DNA from: Nitrosopumilus sp.
GTDB taxonomy: Archaea > Thermoproteota > Nitrososphaeria > Nitrososphaerales > Nitrosopumilaceae
NCBI GenBank assembly: GCA_965205425.1
Contig: CBDBGZ010000009.1
Coordinates: forward strand, 384,001-448,000
Direction: 5' to 3'
Length of the DNA stretch: 64,000 nt
In this document: positions 11,195 through 21,203 of the stretch, piece by piece
Position numbering within the stretch: position 1 is the stretch's first letter
Layout: each line of letters begins with the position of its first letter
Translations under genes and position numbers: made by a program
The notes under the pieces: generated by a model
What the model was told of the DNA's origin: nothing
Database searches by the model: none
What the model saw: the letters and a program-made list of their open reading frames with translations, nothing else

Positions 11195-11254
11195 AAAGTT
11201 ACCCTAAGCTAACTTTTTTAGCCTTGGCTAACTTTTTTGTATTAGGCTAACAAA
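11195..11254. promoter_or_regulatory. Three tandem putative DtxR/MntR-type operator sites
   Basis: AAAGTTA-N8-TAACTTT, TTAGCCTTGGCTAA, TATTAGGCTAAC; GCTAAC at 11208, 11227, 11246 (19-bp period), beside MCO-ZIP promoter. Confidence 0.6.
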
Positions 11255-11300
11255 TTTTGAAGAAAACTAGGTTTAAACTAAAGAAAATTAGTCTGAATCT

Positions 11301-11807
11301 GTGCAAAAGTCAGGATTAATTATAGTAATTTGTGGATTATTAATCGTCGGAGGATTAGCAATTTCGGTAGTTGAAAATCAAATCACATTAGAAGGAATCA
11401 ATCAAGGTAATGGGAAAGTTACGTCATCTGAAACAGTTACTGTTTCAGTAGATATTGACAGAGAAAAAACACAAACTGGAATTTTTGCAGTTCAAGTAAT
11501 GGAATTTAAAGAAAATATAATATCTGTAAAAATATTAGATCCAACAAATATAGAAATTATATCTCAAAAAGTAAATGAAGATATACTTGAAGAAGAATTT
11601 GATGTGATTGAATCTGGAACTTATCAACTAATAATTCAAAGTTCTGACGATGATGAAATTTATGTGTCAGGTGCAATTGGGCCACTTCCAGATACGGATA
11701 AAAAATTAATTCTTTCTTACATATCTCTAACAATTCTGATTATTGGAATGGGAGGTTTAGTAATTACAGGAATATTAGGAATTAAAAATAGGGGAAAATC
11801 AGTTTAG
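11301..11807 (+). CDS. Membrane protein (N- and C-terminal TM helices)
   Basis: Hydrophobic termini flanking a beta-rich domain. Confidence 0.75.
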   Translation: MQKSGLIIVICGLLIVGGLAISVVENQITLEGINQGNGKVTSSETVTVSVDIDREKTQTGIFAVQVMEFKENIISVKILDPTNIEIISQKVNEDILEEEFDVIESGTYQLIIQSSDDDEIYVSGAIGPLPDTDKKLILSYISLTILIIGMGGLVITGILGIKNRGKSV

Positions 11808-12110
11808 ATAACTATCCATTTTTTCCAATCCACTAATAGTTGCATCAAAATTATCACCATCTTCAATAATGCTAGTTAATTTTTCAGAATTTGCAGATAG
11901 CATACATTTTCCTTCATCAGAATTTTTTGAAATAAATCCATGTTCAATCAAATATGAAAGTCGTTCAAGAACTTCAAATTTAGAAATAGATGATTGTTCA
12001 GCCAAGAATGAACAATCTTTTTCACCATCTTCAAGCTCAGCTAAAATTGAAGCAGTTATTGGATCAAACATACATTCAACAATTTTTTCTCGATCAAATG
12101 TCTCACTCAT
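11799..12110 (-). CDS. Winged-helix (ArsR-like) protein
   Basis: From ATG 12110: FDPITASILAEL...FLAEQSSISKFEVLERLSYLIEHGFI. Confidence 0.65.
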   Translation of the reverse strand: MSETFDREKIVECMFDPITASILAELEDGEKDCSFLAEQSSISKFEVLERLSYLIEHGFISKNSDEGKCMLSANSEKLTSIIEDGDNFDATISGLEKMDSYLN

Positions 12111-12194
12111 GATTAAATGAAAAATTTTGAAAGTTATAACTTTTTGAGCAGATTCTTCCAATAAGATAATTAAGAAAAGATCTCCAACAAAATC

Positions 12195-12347
12195 ATGCAA
12201 AAACTCTGTAGTAAGGATCCTTCTGGGAAGGGAATACATTGTTTTTGTGTGGAAATTGATGCTCAAAGAGGCGTCAAAAAATGCTGTAAATGTAATCAAT
12301 GGAATGTTCAAGGTAACGACTGGACAAGTGATGAGGACTTTAGATAA
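12195..12347 (+). CDS. Small Cys-rich protein (50 aa)
   Basis: Manual translation MQKLCSKDPSGKGIHCFCVEIDAQRGVKKCCKCNQWNVQGNDWTSDEDFR; fills intergenic gap. Confidence 0.55.
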   Translation: MQKLCSKDPSGKGIHCFCVEIDAQRGVKKCCKCNQWNVQGNDWTSDEDFR

Positions 12348-12473
12348 TAAAGTTCAAAAAAAATTATCAAAATTAGGCATAATCTTAAAATGAAAATTAA
12401 TCAACATTCTAAAAATTATCTAATTTGATGCCTAGCATGGTTTTTATCGGGGATTCTTTGAATTTTTGAATAC

Positions 12474-13046
12474 TTGAGCGCACAAGAATATAGACATATT
12501 GTCAGAATTGTAGGAAACGATATTCGTGGAGAGAAGAAAATGATTATCGGATTGACTCAGATAAAGGGTCTTGGCTATAATTTTGCAACTGCCATTCTTG
12601 ATACTCTAAAAATTAATCCAAATTCCAATATCGGCAATCTTACAGAAGAAAATGTTCAAGCAATTGAGAAATTAATCACAGATCCAATTGCCAGTAACTT
12701 TCCAACATGGTTCCTTAACAGAAGAAAAGATATTGAAACTGGGAAGGATATGCATTTGTTAACTTCAGATATTCCATTTACATTAAGAAATGATATTGAA
12801 AGAGAAAGAGTCTCTGCAAGTTGGAGAGGTTATCGTCACCTAAGTGGTCTTAAAGTCAGAGGGCAAAGAACCAGATGTACCGGTAGAAAAGGCGGCGCAG
12901 TTGGTGTAGCCAAAGGTGGATTAGCAGCTCCAGTTAAGAAAGGAGGAGCAGGTGCTCCAGCAGCAGAAGGTGCAGCAGCTCCAGCAGAAGGTGCAGAAGG
13001 TGCAGCAGCAGAAACCCCAGCTCCAGCAGCGGAGAAAAAAGAATAG
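12474..13046 (+). CDS. rps13: 30S ribosomal protein S13 (uS13)
   Basis: [23 protein letters not shown]; Ala-rich tail. Confidence 0.97.
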   Translation: MSAQEYRHIVRIVGNDIRGEKKMIIGLTQIKGLGYNFATAILDTLKINPNSNIGNLTEENVQAIEKLITDPIASNFPTWFLNRRKDIETGKDMHLLTSDIPFTLRNDIERERVSASWRGYRHLSGLKVRGQRTRCTGRKGGAVGVAKGGLAAPVKKGGAGAPAAEGAAAPAEGAEGAAAETPAPAAEKKE

Positions 13047-13055
13047 GTGTTTTGA

Positions 13056-13652
13056 ATGGGAGATCCTAAATATCCACGTAAAGTTTGGAGAAAACCAAAA
13101 CGACCTCTTAACTATGAATTAAAAATGGAAGAATTAGAAACTCTTGGAACGTTTGGATTAAGAACTAAAAGAGAATTATGGAAAGCACATACAGAATTAT
13201 CACGTGTAAGACATCAAGCCAGATCATTGCTTGCATTAAGACAAGAGGTTAGAGCAGAAAAAGAACCAATTTTGATGAAATCACTGGCAAGAATAGGATT
13301 AGTAAGTGGTGATGCAACATTAGACGATGTACTTAACCTAAATGCAAAGGATTTACTTGCAAGAAGATTACAAACTATTGTTTCAAAGAAACTTGGATTC
13401 AAAACACCATACCAAGCAAGACAAGCAGTAATTCACGGCCACATTATGATTGGTGAAAGAAAAGTAGACATTCCATCTTACACCGTTACAGTTGAAGAGG
13501 AAAGTAGTGTTCGTTTTTCACCAGAATCAAAGATTCCAGAAATGTTAGAGAAAACAAAGAAAGATGAACCAGTAGAAGCTCCTGCAACTGAAGAGGAAAC
13601 TGAGGCTCCTGCAACTGAAACCTCAAAAAGTGAAAGTTCTTCAACTGAATAA
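13056..13652 (+). CDS. rps4: 30S ribosomal protein S4 (uS4)
   Basis: MGDPKYPRK, RRLQTIV, QARQAVIHGHI. Confidence 0.97.
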   Translation: MGDPKYPRKVWRKPKRPLNYELKMEELETLGTFGLRTKRELWKAHTELSRVRHQARSLLALRQEVRAEKEPILMKSLARIGLVSGDATLDDVLNLNAKDLLARRLQTIVSKKLGFKTPYQARQAVIHGHIMIGERKVDIPSYTVTVEEESSVRFSPESKIPEMLEKTKKDEPVEAPATEEETEAPATETSKSESSSTE

Positions 13653-13660
13653 TTAAAAAA

Positions 13661-14569
13661 GGTGATTGTAAACCTATTACCACCAACTATTTTTGAGTAA
13701 TTATTGGAAAAAACAATCAACATAATTGAGTTATCTAAAATAATTCACAACAAATCAACTGCATTGGAATTTCTCTGCAACCAATTCAAAAAGAAAAACA
13801 CAATTCATTGTTCATCATGTAACTCTGAGAATTACTATATTATTTCAAGAGGGAAACTAAGATGCAAAGATTGCAAGACAGATTATAGACCGTTTGCTGG
13901 AACATGGTTTGATATCATCAACATTAATTTTACAAAATGGTTGGCCCTAGTCAAACTATTTGATATTGGGATTAGTGCAAGACATGCAGCTAGAGAAGCA
14001 GATGTCAGTTATCCAACTTGCACTAAATGCTTTTGATTGCATCAGATATTCAATACTGTATCACTTGGCAGAATCAGACAAGAAATTAAAAGGGGAAATT
14101 GAGGCTGACGAGGTACTATTTTGGAGGAAAAAGAAAGGGAAATCGTGGCAGAGGTGCCAAGAACAAGACCATCGTATTTGGCATACTGGAAAGAAAGGGA
14201 AAAGTTCACGTTGAGATTGTAAACAATGTCAAGGCAAAGACATTGCTTGCAGGAACAATCAAGAAAATAAAGAAAGGAAGCATTGTGTATACGGACAAGA
14301 GGAGAGGATATGATTCGCTAGTTTTCAACGGCTACAAACATCTCTCAATAGACCACCGCAAGATGTTTGGCAAAGGTGATGTGTACATAAATGGAATCGA
14401 AGGGTTTTGGAGTTTTGCAAAAGAGAACATGGCAAAGCATCATGGTGTAAGTCCAGGAAAGTTTTTGTTGTACATCAAAGAAATGGAATGGAGATACAAC
14501 AACAGAGATGGAAGATACTTTCTCATTATTGTTAGATTATGTGTTGGTGGTGAATAATTGATAATCACC
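13661..14569 (+). mobile_element. IS1595-family element (ISXO2-like transposase, frameshifted over 13704-14557)
   Basis: Imperfect TIRs ggtgattgtaaacctattaccaccaac / gttggtggtgaataattgataatcacc; 8-bp TSD TTAAAAAA (13653-60, 14570-77); Zn ribbon, EADE-YFGG, YTD, INGIEGFWS. Confidence 0.92.
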
Positions 14570-14621
14570 TTAAAAAAATAGGCTTATCAGTAAATAACCC
14601 CAATTATCAAAGAGAATCATA

Positions 14622-16382
14622 ATGTGTTCAATTATCGGTTATTATGGCAAAGAATTTGCGGCCCCAATCATAGTCAAGGGGTTAAAAAGAATGGAATATC
14701 GCGGATACGACAGTGTTGGAGTTGCAACAGAATCTGACCATCAAATTGAATTAAAAAAAGGGATTGGAAAAGTAAATGAAGTAAATTCAAAAATTCAACT
14801 TGATTCACTTCCAGGAAAAATTGGAATTGGGCATACAAGATGGGCAACTCATGGAAAAGTTACAGATTTTAATGCCCATCCACATTCAAGTAACTCAGGT
14901 AAAATTGCCATAGTACATAATGGAATAATTGAGAATTTTGAAGAATTAAAAAAACAATTAGAAGATGAAGGATATGATTTCAAAAGTGAAACAGATAGTG
15001 AAATCATTGCAAACCTTCTTCAAAAATATTATGAAGAAACAAATGATGTCAAAGAAACAATTTTGAAAACAGTTTCAGTAATCAAAGGACATTATGCCTT
15101 TGTAGCAATGTTTGAAAATGGTCAATTAGCTGCTGCAAGATTTCATGAACCACTAATTGTAGGAATAGGTCAGAATGATTTCTTTTTATCTAGTGATGTT
15201 TTGGGTTTTATTGAATTTACAGATGATGCAATTTATTTAGAAAATGGAAATTTTGTTATTTTAGAGGAAAACAAATTTCAAATTTTAGATTTTCAAGGCG
15301 AACATGCAAAATATGGAATTACAAAAGTATCTAAAGAATTTGGAGATGCTTACAAAGGTGATTATGCACATTACACGTTAAAAGAAATCTATGAACAACA
15401 CGAAACAATATTGAAGGCAGGGGGAAAAACTCAAGAAGCAATTGACAAGACAGCAGATTATATCAAACATGCCAAAAATATCTATGTAACAGGAAGTGGA
15501 ACCAGTTACAACTCTGCTTTAATTGCAAAACAGATTTTTTCAAAATATGTAAAAATTAAGGCTGAACCTATCATGTCAAGTGAACTTCAATTTGCACCTG
15601 ACAGTATTGAAGAGAATTCAATTATAATTGCAATATCTCAAAGTGGAGAAAGTGCTGATGTTTTAGAAGCAGTAAAAATTGGAAAACAAGCAAATTGTAA
15701 AATCATAGCAATTGTTAATTTGATGACATCATCACTTGCACGTGAAGCAGACGTAGTAATAGGAATGAATTGTGGTCCGGAAATAGGAGTTGCTGCAACA
15801 AAAAGTTTCACATCGCAACTTGTTATTTTGTACAAAATTGTACAAAAATTAAGTGATAATGGTATCACAATTAATTTTGAAAAATTCTCAGAGTCAATTA
15901 TAAAAATATTAGAAAATCCTAAAAATATTCAACATATTGCTACAAAACTAAAAGATGTTTCAGATGTCTATATCTTAGGTAGAGGAATTAATTATCCAAT
16001 TGCAATAGAAGCAGCATTAAAACTTAAAGAATTAACATACATGCATGCAGAAGGGATTCCAGGAGGAGAATTAAAACATGGACCTCTTGCATTAATGGAT
16101 TCAAATGTATTTGTAATAATTTTTAATCCAAATGATTCTACATATGCAGATACACTAACAAGTGCAAGAGAAATCAAAGCCCGTGGTGCAAAAATTATTG
16201 GAATTTCAGATATCAAAAGTGATGTTTATGATTTTTGGATTGAAATGCCAAAAATAGATGAAGTGTTATATCCAATTTCAGAAATAATTCCAATACAATT
16301 TTTGGCATATTATGCAGCATTAGAAAAAGATGCAGACCCAGACTATCCTAGAAATCTTGCAAAATCAGTTACTGTGAAATAA
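14622..16382 (+). CDS. glmS: Glutamine--fructose-6-phosphate transaminase
   Basis: N-terminal MCSIIG, GHTRWATHG, PRNLAKSVTVK. Confidence 0.97.
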   Translation: MCSIIGYYGKEFAAPIIVKGLKRMEYRGYDSVGVATESDHQIELKKGIGKVNEVNSKIQLDSLPGKIGIGHTRWATHGKVTDFNAHPHSSNSGKIAIVHNGIIENFEELKKQLEDEGYDFKSETDSEIIANLLQKYYEETNDVKETILKTVSVIKGHYAFVAMFENGQLAAARFHEPLIVGIGQNDFFLSSDVLGFIEFTDDAIYLENGNFVILEENKFQILDFQGEHAKYGITKVSKEFGDAYKGDYAHYTLKEIYEQHETILKAGGKTQEAIDKTADYIKHAKNIYVTGSGTSYNSALIAKQIFSKYVKIKAEPIMSSELQFAPDSIEENSIIIAISQSGESADVLEAVKIGKQANCKIIAIVNLMTSSLAREADVVIGMNCGPEIGVAATKSFTSQLVILYKIVQKLSDNGITINFEKFSESIIKILENPKNIQHIATKLKDVSDVYILGRGINYPIAIEAALKLKELTYMHAEGIPGGELKHGPLALMDSNVFVIIFNPNDSTYADTLTSAREIKARGAKIIGISDIKSDVYDFWIEMPKIDEVLYPISEIIPIQFLAYYAALEKDADPDYPRNLAKSVTVK

Positions 16383-17429
16383 CCTATCATATTCTTTTTC
16401 AGTTATCTCTAAAAATTTTGTAGAATCGTTTCCAGTTTTTATCATTGAAGAAATAATACTCCCACCAGCTCCAACTCCTTCTTTTGCAAATCCTTCAGAA
16501 AATGCTTTTAATCCAGCATATTGTGAATTTTTCAAGCCTGGATTTACTGAAATTGCAGGAATATCAGCAATTTCTTTTACAAGACTAGTGAAATTTGCAG
16601 TATTGTCATCAGTAATGTAAGAAGTTGTTCCAATTGCAGTATTTTCTTCATTAAATCCAATTTTTGAGGCAAACGCCAAAACAGCTGCCATTTGTGTTCC
16701 ACCAGCTAACATTACATTTGATACACCAGATGCTGAACTTAACATTCCTGCAACAAAAGGAATCATAGGATCGCCAACCTTTGCCAAAATACTGTAAGGA
16801 TGTTCAGAATCTATTCGTTCTAGTGCAGAATTTACAATTTGATTTTTCAACTCTGTCGGGTTATTTGGAATACTGGAGCTAACTTTTGCATCAAATCCTA
16901 ATGCTTTCAATACTGCCAATGCAGTAGTAGTTCCACCAGGAATACTTTCTCCAATTACTAAACAATCAGTTAATGATGCCATACTTCTACCAACAATTCT
17001 TCCATAATCAACAGCATGAGAAACTTGAGAATCAGTCATTGCATCTTCATTTGAAATATTTTTTCCAAATGTCATACCAGTATCCATGAATGGAAGTTGG
17101 GGTGAAATTTTACTTCCAGCATTAATTGTCAAATGAGGGATACTTGCAGATTCTAATGCAGTCTTTGTAAGTAATCCTGGAGTAGGCTTTCCATCAGGAG
17201 TCATCGGGATTTTATCTATAGATTTACAATATCCATAATGAAGATATTCAGCATCTGCAGGAGGTGTATATTGTATAGAATTCTTGTCAGCACCTGCAAA
17301 AGTTATTCCTGGAATTTCACATGTTTCAGTATATGAAATAACGAATGAAAAAAGAAATTTCTTAGATTTCATTGATTCGAGAAAACTTTGTCCTTGTTCT
17401 ATGTTTCCAAAGAGTTCAAAATTTTCCAT
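16365..17429 (-). CDS. cobT: Archaeal nicotinate-nucleotide--dimethylbenzimidazole phosphoribosyltransferase
   Basis: GESIPGGTTTA, LAGGTQM, KEGVGAGG. Confidence 0.85.
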   Translation of the reverse strand: MENFELFGNIEQGQSFLESMKSKKFLFSFVISYTETCEIPGITFAGADKNSIQYTPPADAEYLHYGYCKSIDKIPMTPDGKPTPGLLTKTALESASIPHLTINAGSKISPQLPFMDTGMTFGKNISNEDAMTDSQVSHAVDYGRIVGRSMASLTDCLVIGESIPGGTTTALAVLKALGFDAKVSSSIPNNPTELKNQIVNSALERIDSEHPYSILAKVGDPMIPFVAGMLSSASGVSNVMLAGGTQMAAVLAFASKIGFNEENTAIGTTSYITDDNTANFTSLVKEIADIPAISVNPGLKNSQYAGLKAFSEGFAKEGVGAGGSIISSMIKTGNDSTKFLEITEKEYDRLFHSN

Positions 17430-17438
17430 GATAATTCC

Positions 17439-18047
17439 TTAGCCCATCATATCAAGAAATTGTTGCTCAGTTCGTTTTTGCATCACATGGTTGGTGAGTT
17501 TTTCTTGTCCCAAAGTAGAAATTTCAGCTGAACCGTAATTATGGCCAGAATACATGACTAGATTTTCATCTAAATTGTGTAAAACATCAAAAAGACTGTG
17601 ATAGAGTTCTTTGGCTGATCCTCCAGGCAAATCAATTCTTCCACAATTTCCAACAAATAGTGTATCTCCAGAGAAGATTTTTCCATCACCTATAAGACAA
17701 ATACTATCTTGTGAATGACCCGGCGTATGAAGTACTTTTAATTTTGAATTACCAAATTCGATAAAATCCCCATCCTTTACTGTAATGTCATGTTTTAATT
17801 CTGATTTTTCATGTTGAATGATTGGGGCTTTGGTAGATTCAACCATTGCCTCATTACCTAAAGTATGATCAAAATGGTGATGAGTGTTTACAATGTATTT
17901 GATTTTGAGATTGTTTTCTTTAATGATCATTTCCAATTCTATCAAATCCCAAGATGGATCAATTATGATGGATTCACTAGTATCTTCATCCTCAACAATA
18001 TATGAGAAATTCTGCATATTTCCTACTTGGATTTGGTGAACTTTCAT
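17439..18047 (-). CDS. Glyoxalase II-like MBL-fold hydrolase
   Basis: THHHFDH, HTPGHS, FSGDTLF. Confidence 0.9.
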   Translation of the reverse strand: MKVHQIQVGNMQNFSYIVEDEDTSESIIIDPSWDLIELEMIIKENNLKIKYIVNTHHHFDHTLGNEAMVESTKAPIIQHEKSELKHDITVKDGDFIEFGNSKLKVLHTPGHSQDSICLIGDGKIFSGDTLFVGNCGRIDLPGGSAKELYHSLFDVLHNLDENLVMYSGHNYGSAEISTLGQEKLTNHVMQKRTEQQFLDMMG

Positions 18048-18700
18048 AGTATACCCTCTTCAGCTTCAGGAGGAATTCCAATTTTTTCAGCATGTAATTC
18101 ACCAGTCAAATCTTTTCGTTTAGGAATTCCTTGTTTCATTTTGTGAAATGTTACCGTCATGTTACATTTTGTGTAAATATTTGCAGTTTCACCAGTTTGT
18201 GGATTTAATCCAGATGGAATGTCTACTGCAAACTTGTAACAATCAGTTTCATTGATGTAATTTATTGCAGATGCATAGGGTTCTCTAATCTCTCCAGTGA
18301 TTCCAGTACCCAAAATTCCATCAATTATAACATCAGGTTTAAAATCAAATTCTAAGGAACTACCGGACAATAATTTTACAGAAGGCATTTTTTCTAAAAT
18401 TGACCAATTCCAATTACTTTCCTCAGTCTTTATTTTATCAGAACTGCCAAGAAGCATTACTGTTACCTTAGCAGCATATCCTGCTAGATGTCTTGCCATT
18501 ACCAAACCATCACCACCATTATTGCCTAATCCTACAAAAATCAGAATATTTTTTGATTCTACATTATCAATTTTTTCAAGTAATCTCCTAACTGCTGCAG
18601 CCCCTGCATTTTCCATCATGAATTTTTTCAAAAATCCCATATCATGGCCTTTGTTTTCAATATTGTACATTTGATCTACAGTAATTTCCATATCTTTCAT
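18044..18700 (-). CDS. nnrE: NAD(P)H-hydrate epimerase (YjeF N-terminal)
   Basis: MMENAG, GLGNNGGDG, DGILGTG, AVDIPSG. Confidence 0.9.
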   Translation of the reverse strand: MKDMEITVDQMYNIENKGHDMGFLKKFMMENAGAAAVRRLLEKIDNVESKNILIFVGLGNNGGDGLVMARHLAGYAAKVTVMLLGSSDKIKTEESNWNWSILEKMPSVKLLSGSSLEFDFKPDVIIDGILGTGITGEIREPYASAINYINETDCYKFAVDIPSGLNPQTGETANIYTKCNMTVTFHKMKQGIPKRKDLTGELHAEKIGIPPEAEEGIL

Positions 18701-18769
18701 GAAATAATATCCAAAATAAGAGCTTTGAATTCTTTATGAGTCTAAAAGAAAAGAATTATGTGATTATAT

Positions 18770-18856
18770 TCAACCAAAATAATGATTCATTCCAACAATC
18801 ACAATAGCCATCCCCAATGCAGCATATCCTAGATTTACAATATTTTGAGGTTCCAT
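18770..18856 (-). CDS. Putative 28-aa single-pass membrane microprotein
   Basis: Manual translation MEPQNIVNLGYAALGMAIVIVGMNHYFG. Confidence 0.45.
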   Translation of the reverse strand: MEPQNIVNLGYAALGMAIVIVGMNHYFG

Positions 18857-18955
18857 CACAGCACAGTAGTTAATCAAGTACTTTAGCTAGATATTTTGAG
18901 TTATTCCTAAGAGTTTAGCAAACGGCTTTATCCTAGCTTCAAAACATGTCTAACC

Positions 18956-19570
18956 ATGACATTAAAGAATGTAAAACCATCATTAAATAAAATTGCAAAA
19001 GATTTAGGGGAAACTCAAGATTCCAGAGAATTTCTTTTAAAGAATACCAGAGAAATAATTATTCTCTGTAGTAAATCAATTATCGCAGTTCATAGAGGAG
19101 ATTTAACAACTGGTAAAAATAATCTGAAACAAGCAGAGACATTATTAAAAAAATACAAGAAAAAAGCAACAGGAGGATTGAGAAGATATCTCATTACACC
19201 AGAACAGGAATTTGTAGAAGCTGCATGTTTGATTGCAATTGTTGAGCAAAAAGAAATACCTTCAGATAAAAAATTAGCAGTGATGCCAGAATCATATGTC
19301 TTAGGATTACTTGATTGTATTGGTGAATTGAAAAGACAAGTATTTGACAAAATTAGGATGGATAAAATTGATGAGGCAACAAGAATGTTTGAAATTATGG
19401 AAAACTTGTATCTCCAACTCTACACTTTTTCAATGTATGATAAAGTAGTCAAAGAAGCGAGAAGAAAAATTGATGTCAATAGGATCCTAGTAGATGATGT
19501 CAGATCGGTAATTACAGAAGAAAAAAGGCGAACTGAATTAATCAAAATTTTACGAAAATTAGAGAAATAG
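18956..19570 (+). CDS. Translin/TRAX-like (archaeal C3PO) protein
   Basis: EQEFVEA, YVLGLLDCIGELKR, RRKIDV. Confidence 0.8.
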   Translation: MTLKNVKPSLNKIAKDLGETQDSREFLLKNTREIIILCSKSIIAVHRGDLTTGKNNLKQAETLLKKYKKKATGGLRRYLITPEQEFVEAACLIAIVEQKEIPSDKKLAVMPESYVLGLLDCIGELKRQVFDKIRMDKIDEATRMFEIMENLYLQLYTFSMYDKVVKEARRKIDVNRILVDDVRSVITEEKRRTELIKILRKLEK

Positions 19571-19581
19571 AATAGAATTAG

Positions 19582-19669
19582 TGGTGCGGACGATGGGATT
19601 TGAACCCACGAACTCCTGAAAGACTAGCCCCTCAAGCTAGCGCCTTTGGCCAGGCTGGGCGACGTCCGC
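19582..19669 (-). tRNA. tRNA-Leu(GAG), CCA genomically encoded
   Basis: GCGGACG acceptor, anticodon arm CTAGC-TTGAGGG-GCTAG, long variable arm, GGTTCAAATCC, ends ACCA. Confidence 0.95.
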
Positions 19670-19719
19670 AAAGGAATTTTCTTGCATGGTTTTTATAATC
19701 CTTGGTTACTTTTTCGTTC

Positions 19720-19956
19720 GTGTTAATTCCTGTTAGATGTTTAACTTGTGGAAAATTAATTGCAGATAAATTTGATGATTATCAAAATAAAATTAAAGCA
19801 GGAGAAGATCCTACAAAAACTCTTGATTCGTTAGGAGTTGAGAGATATTGTTGCAGAAGAATGCTTTTGACTACTGTTGAAACAATACAACAAGTAATCC
19901 CATTTTACGAAGCAATTCAGAGAAGAAAACAAGAAGTTCAATCTGAGTTAGAATAA
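19720..19956 (+). CDS. rpoN: RNA polymerase subunit N (Rpo10)
   Basis: IPVRCLTCG, RYCCRRM; likely GTG start 19720. Confidence 0.95.
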   Translation: MLIPVRCLTCGKLIADKFDDYQNKIKAGEDPTKTLDSLGVERYCCRRMLLTTVETIQQVIPFYEAIQRRKQEVQSELE

Positions 19957-19957
19957 C

Positions 19958-21196
19958 TTGGCTAAGATTTCCTCAATTGAAGGACGTATTATATACAATA
20001 GTAGAGGAAGTAAAACTATCGAAGTAGATGTTCAATCTGAGAATAAATTTTTAGGAAGAGTTTGTGCGCCATCAGGTGCAAGTGTAGGAAAATACGAAGC
20101 AGTAAGTTTTCCAAATGAAAAACCTGAAGAAAGTCTTAGAATTTTAAAAGAAAATTCTCAAAAATTTATCGGTTTAGAGTCATCAGATTTGGAAGGTATT
20201 CATGGAGTTCTAAAAGAATTGGATGGCACTACAAATTATTCAGTAATTGGTGGAGCATTAGCTTTTGCAGTTACAATTGCATCTATGGAATCATCATCAA
20301 AAGCAGATGATGAACCATTGTTTAAAACACTCTCATCCGAAAACTCTTTCAAAGTTCCATTTCCATTAGGTAATATTTTAGGAGGAGGAGCACATGCAGG
20401 GCCTGGAACTCCAGACATTCAAGAAATATTGATTTGCGCTATAGGCTCAAAAACTATTGAAGATGCAATTGCAACTAATTTATCAGTCCATAAGGAATTA
20501 CGTCGTGTTTTAGAAAAAGAAGATCCAAATTTTACAAACGGTAGAGGAGATGAAGGTGGATGGGCACCTAAACTAGAAAATCAAAAAGCATTAGAGATAT
20601 CTGCAAAGGCATGTGAGAATCTTGGATTTACTTTAGGAAAAGAAGTATCTTTGGGAGTAGATTTTGCATCTTCAACACAATGGAATGAAGAAAAAGAAAA
20701 ATATGTTTATGATAGAGCAGGATTTGAAAATTCAACTGGTGAGCAAATTGATTTTGCTACAGATATTATTGAGAAATTTAAATTGATTTATGCAGAAGAT
20801 GCTGTTCATGAAGAAGCATTTGAAGATATGTCAAAATTGACAAAAAAATTCCCTAATACTTTGGTTACAGGGGATGATTTGACTGTGACTAACAAAAATA
20901 TCTTGAAAAAAGCAATTGATGTAAAATCATGTAATGCTGCAATTTTAAAAGTCAATCAAGCAGGTAGTCTTTTTGATGCTTTAGAATTTGCAGATGAAGC
21001 ATCTCAAAATAATATCAAATTAATCACATCACATAGATCTGGAGAATCTACAGATTCACAAATATCTCACATTGGTCTTGCAACAAAGTCAAAAATGCTC
21101 AAAGTTGGCATAGTTGGAGGAGAAAGAGTGGCAAAACTGAATGAATTATTACGACTAGCAGAGCATGATTTAATACGCGGTATGGCAGAGATTTAA
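19958..21196 (+). CDS. eno: Enolase
   Basis: NSRG, PSGAS, GDEGG, LKVNQAG, SHRSGES. Confidence 0.95.
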   Translation: MAKISSIEGRIIYNSRGSKTIEVDVQSENKFLGRVCAPSGASVGKYEAVSFPNEKPEESLRILKENSQKFIGLESSDLEGIHGVLKELDGTTNYSVIGGALAFAVTIASMESSSKADDEPLFKTLSSENSFKVPFPLGNILGGGAHAGPGTPDIQEILICAIGSKTIEDAIATNLSVHKELRRVLEKEDPNFTNGRGDEGGWAPKLENQKALEISAKACENLGFTLGKEVSLGVDFASSTQWNEEKEKYVYDRAGFENSTGEQIDFATDIIEKFKLIYAEDAVHEEAFEDMSKLTKKFPNTLVTGDDLTVTNKNILKKAIDVKSCNAAILKVNQAGSLFDALEFADEASQNNIKLITSHRSGESTDSQISHIGLATKSKMLKVGIVGGERVAKLNELLRLAEHDLIRGMAEI

Positions 21197-21203
21197 AATC
21201 GTC

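Noticed and set aside
12111..12311. N-terminal extension of the 170-aa ORF
   Set aside because: Not protein-like, spans a promoter and overlaps the Cys-rich ORF; ATG 12110 is more plausible.
12474..13652. Absence of rps11/rpoD after rps13-rps4 caused by the IS
   Set aside because: The intact 8-bp TSD shows a clean insertion without deletion.
13980..14130. Programmed ribosomal frameshifting in the IS1595 transposase
   Set aside because: Would need several +1 shifts at non-slippery sites; error or decay is more likely.
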